A stretch of 64,000 nt of DNA. Source: Kiritimatiellia bacterium. Lineage in GTDB: Bacteria; Verrucomicrobiota; Kiritimatiellia; CAIQIC01; Lenti-01. Positions 11,101 to 19,395 of this stretch are shown here, piece by piece. The notes under the pieces were generated by a model. That model was not told the origin of the DNA, made no database searches, and saw only the letters and a program-made list of their open reading frames with translations. Each line of letters starts with the position of its first letter. The first letter of the stretch is position 1. A program made the translations under genes and the position numbers. The stretch covers positions 3,189 through 67,188 of the forward strand of contig JAQUJC010000006.1 in the NCBI GenBank assembly GCA_028681135.1, given 5' to 3'.

Positions 11101-14100
11101 GTTGTCCGCCGCGACCACCCGCTGGTTCCAAGTAGTGGGCAAGCTGGATACCGAGGGGCCGCGGCCGACGCTGCTCTACATCGGCACCAACGTGGCCGGC
11201 TACCTAGCCGGGGACACGAACATCCTGAACCACATTGCAAAATACGGTCCCATCCAGAGCGTGCTGGATAGCGAAATCAGTGATACCAACAACGTGTTTG
11301 GATTTGTGCTGCGCTGGGAAGACCCCAGTGGGGTGTACGCCACGAACCGCAATTGGGACACGGGCGGATTTGCCTACAACATCATCGATACCGACGGACG
11401 TGTGACACCCAACTGGGACCTGGTAGAAATCGATACTGTTCATAACACCACAAACGAGTTGTGGAGTGTGGACAAGCCCTTCTATGCCACCAACACGCTG
11501 GCGACCGGCAATTCGGATGCCGTCATGACCAACTATGTCCAAGCGGCCTTCAGCGTGACCAACTACGATCCGACCATTGAGTACTATCTGACGGTCAGCG
11601 CCGAAGATGCCTACACCGATGGCGGAAGCTGGTGGGCCTACGGGTCATGGCCCAGTTTCACTAATTCAGCTGTCTCGATCCCGTATTACAGTGGGTGGTG
11701 CGCGGATGGACCGAACACGGCACGCAACATCACGACCAATTACCTCATCCGCATTCAGGTGGCCGATGACGACATTGTGCCGCCGTCGCCCAGCCAGGCG
11801 CTGGGGTGGGAGAATGACGGCACGAATGCCATGCTGGTAGTGTCCAATGCGGCGGGCCGACTGGATTACGTGGAAGGCGAAGGCCAGGACGTGCTCTACC
11901 AGATCACCGATGGTGCCTTGATCGGTGAGCCGCTTTCGTTCAGCTTCAACGCCTATGACTCGTATTACATGGGCGTGGCCCTCGGCACGAGCGCGACCTA
12001 CCAAGATCAAGGTCGCACCTTGACCAATACCGCCTTCGTGGCGGCCTATTGGCAGACTAACTGGGCCAACTATGATGTGACGCGGAGCTTGGTGGCCGAC
12101 ACGACCTCCGACGACACGATGCTGACCTGGCATTGGCCCAGTATCACCACCCAGGACGTCACCAAGCTGTGGGGGCCCACCAGCCTGGACGGCGAGTTGG
12201 GTGTCACAAATCTGATTCAGCTCGATCTCTTTGACCTCGATAACGACCGCGATGGCGACCAGGCCAGTGCGCGCCATAACTTTGGCCGCATCGTCCTCGT
12301 GGACGACGATGCCGTCGATCCGGTTGTCGATGAGCAAACGCTTTCGGTGACCGGCACCGGTTTGGCGCGCGAATACGTGCTGTCCAACCTGATCAACTGG
12401 GATTTTCTCGACGGCACAAATTCTCTGACATCCACCAATGTGGCCAGCGACATGACGGCCAGCGCTATTTCTCACGGTGGTGTGGGCGGAACCATCAATC
12501 TGCGGGAGGCCTCGGGGGTGCCGGAGCCCATGGCGCTCTACAGTGGTGCCCCGTACTACGACACGAATAACTATCGTTACTTGCAGTTCACGTTGGAGCC
12601 GACCACGACCACCAAGACCTTCAAGGCCAGCAGCATCAGTTTTGATAGCCGGGTCACCAGCTTGAACGGGCCCGACACCATTGAGCTGTGGGGAACCATG
12701 CCGGGGGGAGCTGAAGAATTGTGGGGGTCAACGACCATTGACCTCTCTGATTCAGAAAATCCGGTGGGAACGAACTGGAATGGCTATTCCATGGGTGTGA
12801 CCATGTCGGTGGCTTCGACGGGAACCGTCACGTTCAAGCTGCTGGCCCGTGTGGCAGACACGAACCATCTGGTTGCCAATGCCAATGCCAACTGGTACAT
12901 CGATAACCTGATCGTGTCGGGGTATGTCCTCGGTGAAGCGGGCGGCGCGCAGATCACGGACTATGACCTGGCGCATGGGACAGTGCAGTTCAATCTGCAG
13001 GCCTCCGACGTCTACAGCGGGATCGACGGCATGGTCGGCGCCACCGGCCGTGCTCCGCGGGTGGACTTCTGGAAAGATACAGCCGGTTATGATGTGCTGC
13101 CGGTCACCAACGCATTCATCACGAACGGGTGGTCAGCCGCAACAAATACCCTGCTGGACCTCTGGGGTACTGCGCCCGCGGCAGACAAAAAGCAAATTGC
13201 GCTGGGGGCGGGCGGGGCGTCGCTGACCTACTATGCACGCTTCACCGCGACGGACGCCGACGTGGACCGCAACGGCGACTGGCGCTCGGTGGCCTATATG
13301 ACGACGAATACGGTTTACGATGACGATAGCAGCCGGCCGACACGCGGCTACCTGTTCGGCGGACCGCTGGGTGTCTTTGTGGACGGTGTTCTCACCAAGG
13401 CGGTGTCCAGCGGCAATAATCGCGAGTATCGCATCAACGATGAGCAACTGCAGACGGCGTCGGCCACCTCCATCGCCGTCAAAGTCAACCTCTACGACTA
13501 TAGCGGCTGGACCGTGCCAACACTGTCTTTCTCCAATGCCACCGCTGGCGTGATGTCCACCAATCCGTGGTTGACGGCGGTGCATACCGACAGCGTGGAT
13601 ACGACCAACCAGCCCGAGGCCGCAATGGAATGGCAATTTGCCCGGGCACAGGCCAATACCCTGTTCGATTCCTACGAAAGCGTGGTGAGCGAATTCAGCA
13701 TTGTCTCGGTCTGGGACAAGGATGATGACCGTCAGGATATCGGAGGGAATAATATCGACAATCTGGAACTCGCCGATGCCCGGATCGGATACCTGACGTT
13801 CATCGACAACGATGTAGGCGCGCCCAATGTGCAGAGCAGCTACAGCACGACACGCACCAACTGGAACATCCCGACGGTTTATCTGGGTTTGCCGGGCGAT
13901 CCGGCGGCCAGCAACACGCTGATCAACGGCGCGGCCGTGCTGGATTCCAACGTGGGCACCGTTGCCTTGGCCGACCTGACCAACCGGGTCTATGACAGTC
14001 AGTTGGCCAAGGTGTCGACCGCCGCACCGCTGAGCGTCGTGCTGCCGATCTTCGACACGGGCGGCGGCGGCGGCGGGCGCACCATCAAGGGCGTGCAGCG

Positions 14101-16990
14101 CGGCACGGCCCTGACGGAGGTCTCGCCCAACGGCGGCTATGACATCACCAACTCGTCGATTTCCATCGGCTCCGTGGCGGCCAACAATGCCACCAACTAC
14201 CGTGCCGACCTGAGTTCGGCACTGCCGCTGACCCGCATCGCCGCGCAGTTCCCGACCAGCACGTGGGCGTTTACCTCGTTCTCCTATGCGCAAGTAGGCA
14301 CGTGGCTGCCGGGCACCAATCCGGTTGACCATGTCATGACTGCGAATATCTATGATGCCGATGACAACCGCCCTGAAGATCAGATGGCGAGTCAAGGCGT
14401 GGCTCTGGGCACGCTGCGCGTATTGGATAACGACACGGTGGCCCCGATCGCGCCGACCAATGTGAAGGTGAATGGGCAGGCGCTGGCCGGGCCGCTGACG
14501 CGTGAGACCGCGGCGTGGACGAACGACCCGGAATTCGTCGTTAGCTTCAAACCCGCCGTGGATGGCGACCCGACCGGAACCGATCTGGAAAAAACCGGAA
14601 TCGGTGAACACCGCATCGCCACGGACAAATCGGACATTGGCCCCGACACCGGCACCCCGCTGGCGGTTCCAGCCGAAAGTTCGCTGGCCAATTACGGATT
14701 CGAAAACGGCGCAACCAATTGGACGCTGACCGGCGCGGAAATCTCGACCGAACAGGCCTATGAGGGGACGCATTCGGTGAAGATGACGGGATCCACCGCG
14801 GTCCAGACCGTGGCATTGGTCAACACCAACGGCTACGTGCCACGGGTGACGGTCGTGGGGGCCCAATACATGGGCGCGACGGATGGCACCCTGACCATCG
14901 ACGGTCTGGACACCAACGACGGGGTGGTGGCGGGGCAGACGTTCGATGTGGTGATCACCGGTGCGGCCGGCCAGTGGACGACAGAGTCTTCCGCGGCGAC
15001 CTCACTGGATAGCTCGGTAGACCAGATTCGGGTGACGCTGACCTCCGGCGCCGCTACCTACTGGGACGACATTCAGGTGCAGATCGAACTGCTGGATGGT
15101 GGATCGCCGGTGGATGACGTGACCAGCCTCTTTACCGCCACCGAGCAGGGGCTCGTCACCAACTATCTCTTTGCGGTGGACCGCGACAATAACCGGCCCG
15201 GCGACCGCATGGCCAGCAGCGCGCCGGCAGACCCGGATATCCCGGCATTCGGCACCGCCTATGACATCACGCCGCCGACGCCGGTTCCCGATATCCTGGC
15301 CTCGACCGATGATGTGGGCGATCCGACCACCCAGTTCGATATTTTGTGGGATCCCAACAAACTGAACTACGAAGTCGGACCGGACAATCCGGCGGATACC
15401 AACCATCCCACGAAGATATCGGCCGATCGTGACCTGCTGTCGCCATGGCGCACCTATAAGATCTATTACGGCACCTTCAATCCCCTCGATGTGCCGGGCG
15501 GCGATGCGGGGCCCGGCAGTGGCGATGCCTATATCTACACGAACTACATTACAACCGGCGATTATCTGAGCTGGTCGAATGTGATCTCCTCATCGACGAT
15601 CGCCGACCCATCGGGGTCGAGCACGAATTATCTGGCCCTGACGAATCTCAACCAGAGTGCCATTCGTCTGTACGATCTGGACTTTGACCAAGACTATGCC
15701 GTGATCGTGGTTGGTGTGGACAAGGCCGGCAACGAAGGGTCGGCTTCGCCCTCCAGTTGGGCGACCAACAATACCATCAAGTTCTCGGTCACCCAGGGCA
15801 CCCTGCGCGCGTTTGCCCAGGCACCGAGTTTCCCAGCCGAGGGCGGCACGACTAATTTTACCCCCTGGACGGCTCCCAACCAAAAGGCGGCGACCTTGCA
15901 TTGGATTGCCGCAGGCCCGACCAATGCCCAGGGCAACTATACCCAGGTAACCAAGGACTACGACCTGATTCATTATACCGCCGGCTCGTTCCAGGAATCC
16001 GCCAACTGGACGTGGACCAAATCTGGCACCGTGCGTACCAATTGGTTTGTCGAAACGAATGCCTTTAACCTGCCTCGCGGAACGCTCCAATTCTATCGGG
16101 CGAGCTACAAGGACCGCTGGCGCCGAACCAATGTGGTCTCGGGCCTGAAGCAGCGCCCGCTGGCGAGCGAGGAAGTCTATGCCTTGCACAATGTGATCCT
16201 CTCGGAAGGCGTTAACTACGTGGGGCTGCACGGGCAGCCGTATACCAATACCTTTGCCGGGGTGTTTGGCGCCGATACCAATATCTGGCCGGCGGGGCCG
16301 AGCGCCGCCGCCGGTGCCACCCGGATCGAATTCTTTGTGGCCGGCACCAATCCCGTGGCGTCGGACACATACTTCTTTGGTTCAGATGCCAATTGGTACA
16401 AAGACAGTCCGCTGACAAAAGTGACAACAAACCTCCAGGCCACAAACTTCTTTACCCGAGGATTCTCGATTACCCTACCAACCAATCTGACGGGGCGGGG
16501 GTATGCCACAACAACCGCGTGGGATTTTGACCAGGAAACCAATGTGGCGGCGCTGGTGTGGCATCCCATCCTGCAAGTGCCGACCAATGGGGTGATGACG
16601 CACACCATCGCCTGCGGTGACTATGACCGGGATGCGGGTATCGATATCCCCGCATACACAGTTGTGGCGCTGAATCTGCCGGTTTCCGCACACCCGAGCC
16701 AGCTCAACTTCCCTACAAATTTTGTCCGCGGTCCACGGAATACTGCGGATAAAATCTATACGTGGGCTACCGAACAGAAAGCGGTCAGATCGGGTTACAT
16801 ATATTGCAATGCCAGCAACGATTGGTACTTCAGCGTTGGCGGGGGAACGACCCCCGTGCCCGCCGGATATTTCAAACCCAACGATGTTATTGTGATCGTG
16901 TCGCGAAATGGCGGTGTGGGCAACACGTGGCAATGGTCCTACCACCCGACCAACTTCTATAATCTCCCCACCCGTTGGATGGGCGAATAA
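2144..16990 (+). CDS. giant secreted multidomain surface/adhesin-like protein (4948 aa)
   Basis: It has a long N-terminal signal peptide (IIGLTPLLVCGLALTGAWTESARA). Residues ~150-700 are Gly/Thr/Ser-rich parallel beta-helix, autotransporter-passenger-like repeats (TLTLSGANTYATGT, GTLTKQGTGTVTLSG). Four FN3 domains each end in YYYWV. About ten ~100-aa FN3-like modules begin EPTT and end F.Y.G. Two lectin-like ConA/LamG-like regions (FGYMLNYTWDGTNKYAGLSLAW, FMMSYQYYGANKWAGLSLF) are present. Several Ca-binding-like Asp-rich segments occur in the C-terminal half. No recognisable C-terminal sorting motif was seen. Confidence 0.9.
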   Translation: MNILKYFSRHRSGAAASSPKHQIIGLTPLLVCGLALTGAWTESARAEATVYWRSGAGVSNWWDGTNPWYRSEDTWWVDRPDKDTSGNWDSVGPNIVHFDNTSDLTMSVNGAYFQIHQLLFDNGTGARTMTARDSGGIDMKTGSSTTKIENNDSDSQTFNTPVVLYTGTEINPVSGDMTFNEPIYLKSNWINVYGANQNTLYLNGVLNADSGNGGLAVKQNSIVVLTNNNTFSGAIWVEKGTVRLDGHTNAIGASGTVNVGTNATLELNGSQSWRPATLNLYGTGTNAGNGALRKTTSGSTRWRGNINLGADSRIVVTGGGLQLYGAITAATHTLYITNTVTVTMQSGCTLSGSKTTGDGALHKSGSSTLYLRAASNLTGSIWLQKGEIRQYTDNDSTIPTGGIFRMSDGVTYRSDGSASRENAKATQIDGDVELGYSGGGELTFSGNVNLTGGQRELDTVNDVVISGAVTNGGLTKAGSATLTLSGANTYATGTLVSAGTLEGTTTSLQGNITNNAAVVVNQSGNGTYSGVLSGTGTLTKQGTGTVTLSGTSGMSGNTTVSAGALLVSGSLSSSAVTVSSGATLAGAGTVGALTMASGATVSPGNLSGAAGTLDVSGTATLVGTYTCDITGTGGTACDLIDATGAVSASGALTINLGTSAPSGFSQYTSYTWTIMSGSSANAANMSIGTKWTSSGSFGVSASGTTIVVTHTAAAPGKPTVVASDGTSTAHVALSWGDVAGETGYVISRNTVDTYATATALYTNAAGATTYSDTAADPGQLYYYWVTATNTGGSTVSDSNSGYRRLTPPGNVAATDGASTANVTVTWDAATGATSYHVWRDTDANPAGATGLGAQSSSFTDTPTPGQLYYYWVVASNSTSSSTSDWSTANAGYRKLTAPGSVAATENQSDKVTVTWADGSGETGYSIWRHTANVSGSANIVGTAAANATSYDDTTGDAGTTYYYWVRATNSTSTSMSDFSASDTGLKTLSEPTTAASAITFSSLDTTSYTVNWARGNGDYVLVVARQGSAPTAPTDSTVYTANAAFGSGDTTAAGSYVVYKGTGTSVPVTALSAGTEYTFAVYEFNGAATPNYRTSDAPVASRTTLVAEPTTQASGISVGTVNEASLANITWTDGNGASRLVVVKAGGAVDSFPVDGATYSAHTTFGSGTELGTGNYVVHDGSGPLASLSGLTRDVIYHFRVFEYNGTLGTTANFLTDAASGNPISQTTRAANPSSQPANLAISALSSNQVTLTWTKGTTGTNTLVAIRATYAPQDPVDLNSYTADTAYGSGSDLGSGSYVVYTGTGGSVTVTGLEPGKYYVVEATSFNGSNGSENYRGTDSPASVNFYTLMPEPTQTTGIEFGTLGSTSYAVSYTAGNGLSRLVVAKAGSAVDWTPTDGTDYPGENNTIGSAQEYGTGNFLVHRGTSPFTLSGLTAATDYHIRIFEYQGTNATLNYNVAGAAGNPSNRYTLSTEPSAHAATFTATALSDTQIDLDWGAATGESGFIIVRKVGSAPTGTPVDGTAYAQGNTIGDGTVVYVNTTAGAGSTTDSYSTSADTAYTYQIFPYAYDGTPAHATYNYRTAATVPSDDATTGASEPSTSSTVTSFLPASGTSATLIWNNAGSANGTIILVKSGGAVSSNPADWTGYSASTVFGSGDQIGSGNYVVVAAAGKSGSVTITGLSAGTTYHAAVYPYNGSGAFLNYRTTSPGTASVTILPDPSAATATTDGKTLIDLAWTKHASYDVMIVHKTGSASTLPTQGTAYAVGDNCGGGKVIYKGGGAALEHIVASGTAHHYAFYSYSGNYYSAGLTANDSTTSFATDEIVETFSYTNSTVLTGLNGEKGWGGGWYGAQIGLFTNVSGSFATQTNYPATSGNKAWVYPPNNSSAKAYRYLGKEYKSGKIYFGYMLNYTWDGTNKYAGLSLAWSNTEEKVFFGEIYNDNKILGIAYSNSNTGSSYTLDNGSGKDYIIVGYYDWKEGEAKVKAYAVGSQAVSASEPSAWDATLSKASNEVGWVNTVWLSAGAGATDGTPGNTYFDEVRIATNWAGIVQVLPTKPEWPTNQTATVDGNEMVRLAWTKNANSDNVMILHKTTAITTDPTDGTGYSTGNTIDGATVIAKTAATALEHVVTPGTTNYYKFYSYIAANYYSTGIVTNVTTTAYGANENVNPFSYTNATSLGTSTKGGQGFGANYWVMDSGTWTAQTNTSTAVTDDTPKFFNMDGYPDMAGNLVVASDPGNGGSALAQRSLDSSISTGTFYVAFMMSYQYYGANKWAGLSLFNGATEKAFFGKGGGANWSTLGLSDGTTTFWSAFDMGQFNSGNGDTGNVYMVLGKYDFSSKELAAKAYRILDGATFPSSEPTWDVTTTLGTGIDSIDRIKLNIGSSDGGASIGKVFYDEIRYATNWSDLLAVTCPSWAGSNTLNAAEWTAPASTWLGDSENFTFQSYPISLGQSGGIEFDWARDGTFATYQDLPWLQNANNNSYWSNRIQMVTAGVITSRYVAAGSGCAEVLTNNPALTVQNLNPPFNAVAIRDAVNTNSQINLTWTRGVSGVAKDTLIIRRGGAAPASGPVNTTTYNAGDPLGGGTVIYRGSGTSFNDTGLAPSTTYTYHFYAENWTYYSTYNDREVASASTVAGAKDIVIDGNPVDWVGTPSAVLNSSASTLQEYIWTDKTGEMRTDQTSYSNADIAEFRVYADTDWVYFLIEMGNITDVTNLHMAIGMDTRTNTASTTMNWLGDDGATFIGDQYFDGGAAHFPENQLGIHYVTAEGGLRIEQYVQDGTAWFAPLTGGNTNVAASTTHNAIELRVARADLNLSGAKTARFTLASFLNTGVWNNDGDGTVHIADNTANAMDSVSIPPWGNPDNNADMSAWLEDISDADIDFWVDVQFAAGGLSDNVRPTMPVLVTPTNTAAVTASPNLSWEKSTDSDGQITGYLLEISTNEQFNGVAGTENGPVALRVHLDASTTNYTFTTSADKYWWRVRARDTAGELSAATTRWFQVVGKLDTEGPRPTLLYIGTNVAGYLAGDTNILNHIAKYGPIQSVLDSEISDTNNVFGFVLRWEDPSGVYATNRNWDTGGFAYNIIDTDGRVTPNWDLVEIDTVHNTTNELWSVDKPFYATNTLATGNSDAVMTNYVQAAFSVTNYDPTIEYYLTVSAEDAYTDGGSWWAYGSWPSFTNSAVSIPYYSGWCADGPNTARNITTNYLIRIQVADDDIVPPSPSQALGWENDGTNAMLVVSNAAGRLDYVEGEGQDVLYQITDGALIGEPLSFSFNAYDSYYMGVALGTSATYQDQGRTLTNTAFVAAYWQTNWANYDVTRSLVADTTSDDTMLTWHWPSITTQDVTKLWGPTSLDGELGVTNLIQLDLFDLDNDRDGDQASARHNFGRIVLVDDDAVDPVVDEQTLSVTGTGLAREYVLSNLINWDFLDGTNSLTSTNVASDMTASAISHGGVGGTINLREASGVPEPMALYSGAPYYDTNNYRYLQFTLEPTTTTKTFKASSISFDSRVTSLNGPDTIELWGTMPGGAEELWGSTTIDLSDSENPVGTNWNGYSMGVTMSVASTGTVTFKLLARVADTNHLVANANANWYIDNLIVSGYVLGEAGGAQITDYDLAHGTVQFNLQASDVYSGIDGMVGATGRAPRVDFWKDTAGYDVLPVTNAFITNGWSAATNTLLDLWGTAPAADKKQIALGAGGASLTYYARFTATDADVDRNGDWRSVAYMTTNTVYDDDSSRPTRGYLFGGPLGVFVDGVLTKAVSSGNNREYRINDEQLQTASATSIAVKVNLYDYSGWTVPTLSFSNATAGVMSTNPWLTAVHTDSVDTTNQPEAAMEWQFARAQANTLFDSYESVVSEFSIVSVWDKDDDRQDIGGNNIDNLELADARIGYLTFIDNDVGAPNVQSSYSTTRTNWNIPTVYLGLPGDPAASNTLINGAAVLDSNVGTVALADLTNRVYDSQLAKVSTAAPLSVVLPIFDTGGGGGGRTIKGVQRGTALTEVSPNGGYDITNSSISIGSVAANNATNYRADLSSALPLTRIAAQFPTSTWAFTSFSYAQVGTWLPGTNPVDHVMTANIYDADDNRPEDQMASQGVALGTLRVLDNDTVAPIAPTNVKVNGQALAGPLTRETAAWTNDPEFVVSFKPAVDGDPTGTDLEKTGIGEHRIATDKSDIGPDTGTPLAVPAESSLANYGFENGATNWTLTGAEISTEQAYEGTHSVKMTGSTAVQTVALVNTNGYVPRVTVVGAQYMGATDGTLTIDGLDTNDGVVAGQTFDVVITGAAGQWTTESSAATSLDSSVDQIRVTLTSGAATYWDDIQVQIELLDGGSPVDDVTSLFTATEQGLVTNYLFAVDRDNNRPGDRMASSAPADPDIPAFGTAYDITPPTPVPDILASTDDVGDPTTQFDILWDPNKLNYEVGPDNPADTNHPTKISADRDLLSPWRTYKIYYGTFNPLDVPGGDAGPGSGDAYIYTNYITTGDYLSWSNVISSSTIADPSGSSTNYLALTNLNQSAIRLYDLDFDQDYAVIVVGVDKAGNEGSASPSSWATNNTIKFSVTQGTLRAFAQAPSFPAEGGTTNFTPWTAPNQKAATLHWIAAGPTNAQGNYTQVTKDYDLIHYTAGSFQESANWTWTKSGTVRTNWFVETNAFNLPRGTLQFYRASYKDRWRRTNVVSGLKQRPLASEEVYALHNVILSEGVNYVGLHGQPYTNTFAGVFGADTNIWPAGPSAAAGATRIEFFVAGTNPVASDTYFFGSDANWYKDSPLTKVTTNLQATNFFTRGFSITLPTNLTGRGYATTTAWDFDQETNVAALVWHPILQVPTNGVMTHTIACGDYDRDAGIDIPAYTVVALNLPVSAHPSQLNFPTNFVRGPRNTADKIYTWATEQKAVRSGYIYCNASNDWYFSVGGGTTPVPAGYFKPNDVIVIVSRNGGVGNTWQWSYHPTNFYNLPTRWMGE

Positions 16991-17163
16991 GCGGTCTGGT
17001 TTGTTAGGCAGGGGGAGGCGCAAAGCGCGTTGGAGGGCGGTGGCTTGACACCGCTTTGGAGCGATTGTAGATGCGCCCGTTGGGCGCGTTGGATCGCAGA
17101 ACTGCGCTCAACGCGCGCAGCTACAGGGAGCGGGGAGATGGGCGGCGGTTAGAATGCGCAAGA

Positions 17164-18000
17164 TCAGCGCCACTTGCGCAACAGGTCGTCGAAGACCCCC
17201 CGGGCAGCGGGGCGGGCATCCGCGGATGCTGCCCCATAGGGCGGCGGGCTGACCCGGACGTCGGAGTCGGGAATGTGCCATTCGCCGCCGGCCTGTGCCC
17301 GGCGTCGCGCCTGGGTGGCTTCCCTGGTGGCCATCCGCGCTTCCGCGCCGGCGGCCTGATGGACAAAAAATGCGATCAGCAGAAGTGAAAAATGGATGCC
17401 CCCCCCATGCAGCAGGGGCCACAGCGCCAGGGCGCCGAAGACCCAAGCGATGCCCCGCCCAACCTTGGCGGCGAGTTGGGTGGCGGCCAGCCGCCCCAGC
17501 CGGGGAACCAGCGCCGCCCGGAAGACACGCCCGCCATCCATGGGAAACGAGGGGATCAGGTTGAAGATGGCCAGAATGATATTGATGCGGCCCAACTGAT
17601 GGATCATGAAGGCCAAGGGGGGGGTGAGCGGCAGCAGCAGAGGGGCGGCCCAGAGCCCGGCCAAGCCGAGAATGAAACTGACCGCCGGGCCGGCCAGCGC
17701 CGTTTGAATTTCATCGACGGGTCGCCGGGGCATCTGACTTAACCGGGCCATGCCGCCGATCGGCAGCAGCAGAATTTCCAGAATATGCGACCCCTTGGTG
17801 CGGGCAACCAGGGAATGACCGACTTCGTGCAAGACCACACTGCCGAAAAGGCCGACCGCACCCAAAATGCCGTAGAACAGGCCAGCCAGACCTGCCACGG
17901 GCGCGAAGGACAACGCAAACAGCGGCAGAAAAATCAACAGGGTGATGTGGACCCGGACGGGGATGCCGAAGATGCGTCCGATGGAATAGGAGTGGTTCAT
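17164..18000 (-). CDS. site-2 protease family (peptidase M50) zinc metalloprotease
   Basis: It has an HEVGHSL (HExxH) motif in a transmembrane helix. The second motif, NLIPSFPMDGGRV, is also present. It has multiple TM segments. Confidence 0.85.
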   Translation of the reverse strand: MNHSYSIGRIFGIPVRVHITLLIFLPLFALSFAPVAGLAGLFYGILGAVGLFGSVVLHEVGHSLVARTKGSHILEILLLPIGGMARLSQMPRRPVDEIQTALAGPAVSFILGLAGLWAAPLLLPLTPPLAFMIHQLGRINIILAIFNLIPSFPMDGGRVFRAALVPRLGRLAATQLAAKVGRGIAWVFGALALWPLLHGGGIHFSLLLIAFFVHQAAGAEARMATREATQARRRAQAGGEWHIPDSDVRVSPPPYGAASADARPAARGVFDDLLRKWR

Positions 18001-18137
18001 GGGGAGCTGGGAGGGGGGGGGCGCTGGGCGCGTTATCTCGAAAGATCGTGCGAATAATCAGATTCAGGCCAGCAGGTCCGTCTGGTGGCTTGTGACGGAA
18101 GGCTGATGGCTGAACCCTGATTTCGGGGCATCGTCAA

Positions 18138-19229
18138 TTATGTCTTTTTAGGTGCGTCGTCGCTTTTACGAGGCACTTCCTTGCCCGAGGGCTTGGCCCC
18201 ATGTTCGTCATGTTTGGCCAGCACGGCATCGCGTATTTTAGCGAGCAGTTCCGGGTCATTGCGCAGATTTTCACGGGCAGCGTCGCGGCCCTGGCCAAGC
18301 TGTTGGCCTTCATAGGAGAGCCACGTGCCGCGCTTGTCCAGCAGGCCAAAGTTGTTGGCCGCGTCAATAATGGCGCCTTCCCGGGAGATGCCCTCCGAAT
18401 AGAGAATGTCAAATTCCGCTTCAGTGAAGGGGGGGGCCACCTTGTTCTTCACCACCTTCACCCGCGTGCGGTTGCCCACGAATTTTCCGTCACCCCCCTT
18501 GATTCCGGCGATGCGGCGAATGTCCAGACGGACAGACGAATAGAACTTGAGCGCCCGGCCGCCCGGGGTGGTCTCGGGATTGCCGAACATCACGCCGATT
18601 TTTTCGCGAATCTGGTTGGTAAAGATGCAGCAGGTCTTGGACTTGTCGATGATGCCGGTCATTTTGCGCATGGCTTGGCTCATCAGACGCGCTTGCAGGC
18701 CCACATGCGAATCGCCGATTTGCCCCTCCAGTTCAGCGCGGGGCGCCAGCGCGGCGACAGAATCGATCACAATGATGTCGAGGGAATTGGAGCGGATGAG
18801 CTGGTCCGCGATATGCAGCGCTTCTTCGCCTGAATCGGGCTGTGAGACCAGCAGGTTATCAATATCAACACCGATTTTGCGGGAATAGCCGGGATCCAGG
18901 GCGTGCTCAGTGTCAATGAAGGCGCACATGCCGCCGGTCTTCTGCGCTTCGGCAATAATATGCAGCACCAGGGTCGTCTTGCCCGACGATTCGGGGCCGA
19001 AGACTTCAACGACGCGCCCCCGGGGGACGCCGCCAATGCCCAGGGCGATATCCAGCGTGAGCGCGCTGGTGGAAATCGACGGAATCTTGGTAATCGCGCC
19101 TTCGTTGCCCAGGCGCATGATCGCGCCGTCGCCAAATTCCTTCTGGATTTGCGCCAGCACAGCGCTCAAGGCGGGGGGCAGGTGGCTGGTGGAATCCTTT
19201 TTCGTTGCGGCGGGTGTTTTGGCGGCCAT
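18138..19229 (-). CDS. recA: recombinase RecA
   Basis: It carries the Walker A motif [10 protein letters not shown]. The [11 protein letters not shown] and [12 protein letters not shown] motifs and the C-terminal acidic tail are present. An AGGAGA RBS lies 6 nt upstream of the Met at 19229; the longer ORF to 19253 would overlap that RBS. Confidence 0.95.
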   Translation of the reverse strand: MAAKTPAATKKDSTSHLPPALSAVLAQIQKEFGDGAIMRLGNEGAITKIPSISTSALTLDIALGIGGVPRGRVVEVFGPESSGKTTLVLHIIAEAQKTGGMCAFIDTEHALDPGYSRKIGVDIDNLLVSQPDSGEEALHIADQLIRSNSLDIIVIDSVAALAPRAELEGQIGDSHVGLQARLMSQAMRKMTGIIDKSKTCCIFTNQIREKIGVMFGNPETTPGGRALKFYSSVRLDIRRIAGIKGGDGKFVGNRTRVKVVKNKVAPPFTEAEFDILYSEGISREGAIIDAANNFGLLDKRGTWLSYEGQQLGQGRDAARENLRNDPELLAKIRDAVLAKHDEHGAKPSGKEVPRKSDDAPKKT

Positions 19230-19395
19230 GGCGGTTCTCCTATTCTTGAACAATCGTTCAGCAACCTATCAGCGGGCAGCGAACGTGTCAACCGCAGATT
19301 ATGCACACAACACCCGCGCGGATTCAATGCTGGAGATAAGAACCCATCTCCAGCCCATTTCTAAATCTCCAGAGCCACCGCCATGTGGCCTGCTG

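Noticed and set aside
3626-14866. Numerous long antisense or alternate-frame ORFs (e.g. 3626-4930, 7127-8521, 9401-10660, 13133-14866 on the minus strand inside the giant gene; also 18910-21273, 22246-23505, 40709-42121, 46966-48045, 55478-56518, 62671-63987).
   Set aside because: They give Arg/Pro/Gly/Ala-rich low-complexity translations typical of high-GC frame artefacts. Each is fully contained in a strongly supported gene on the other strand.
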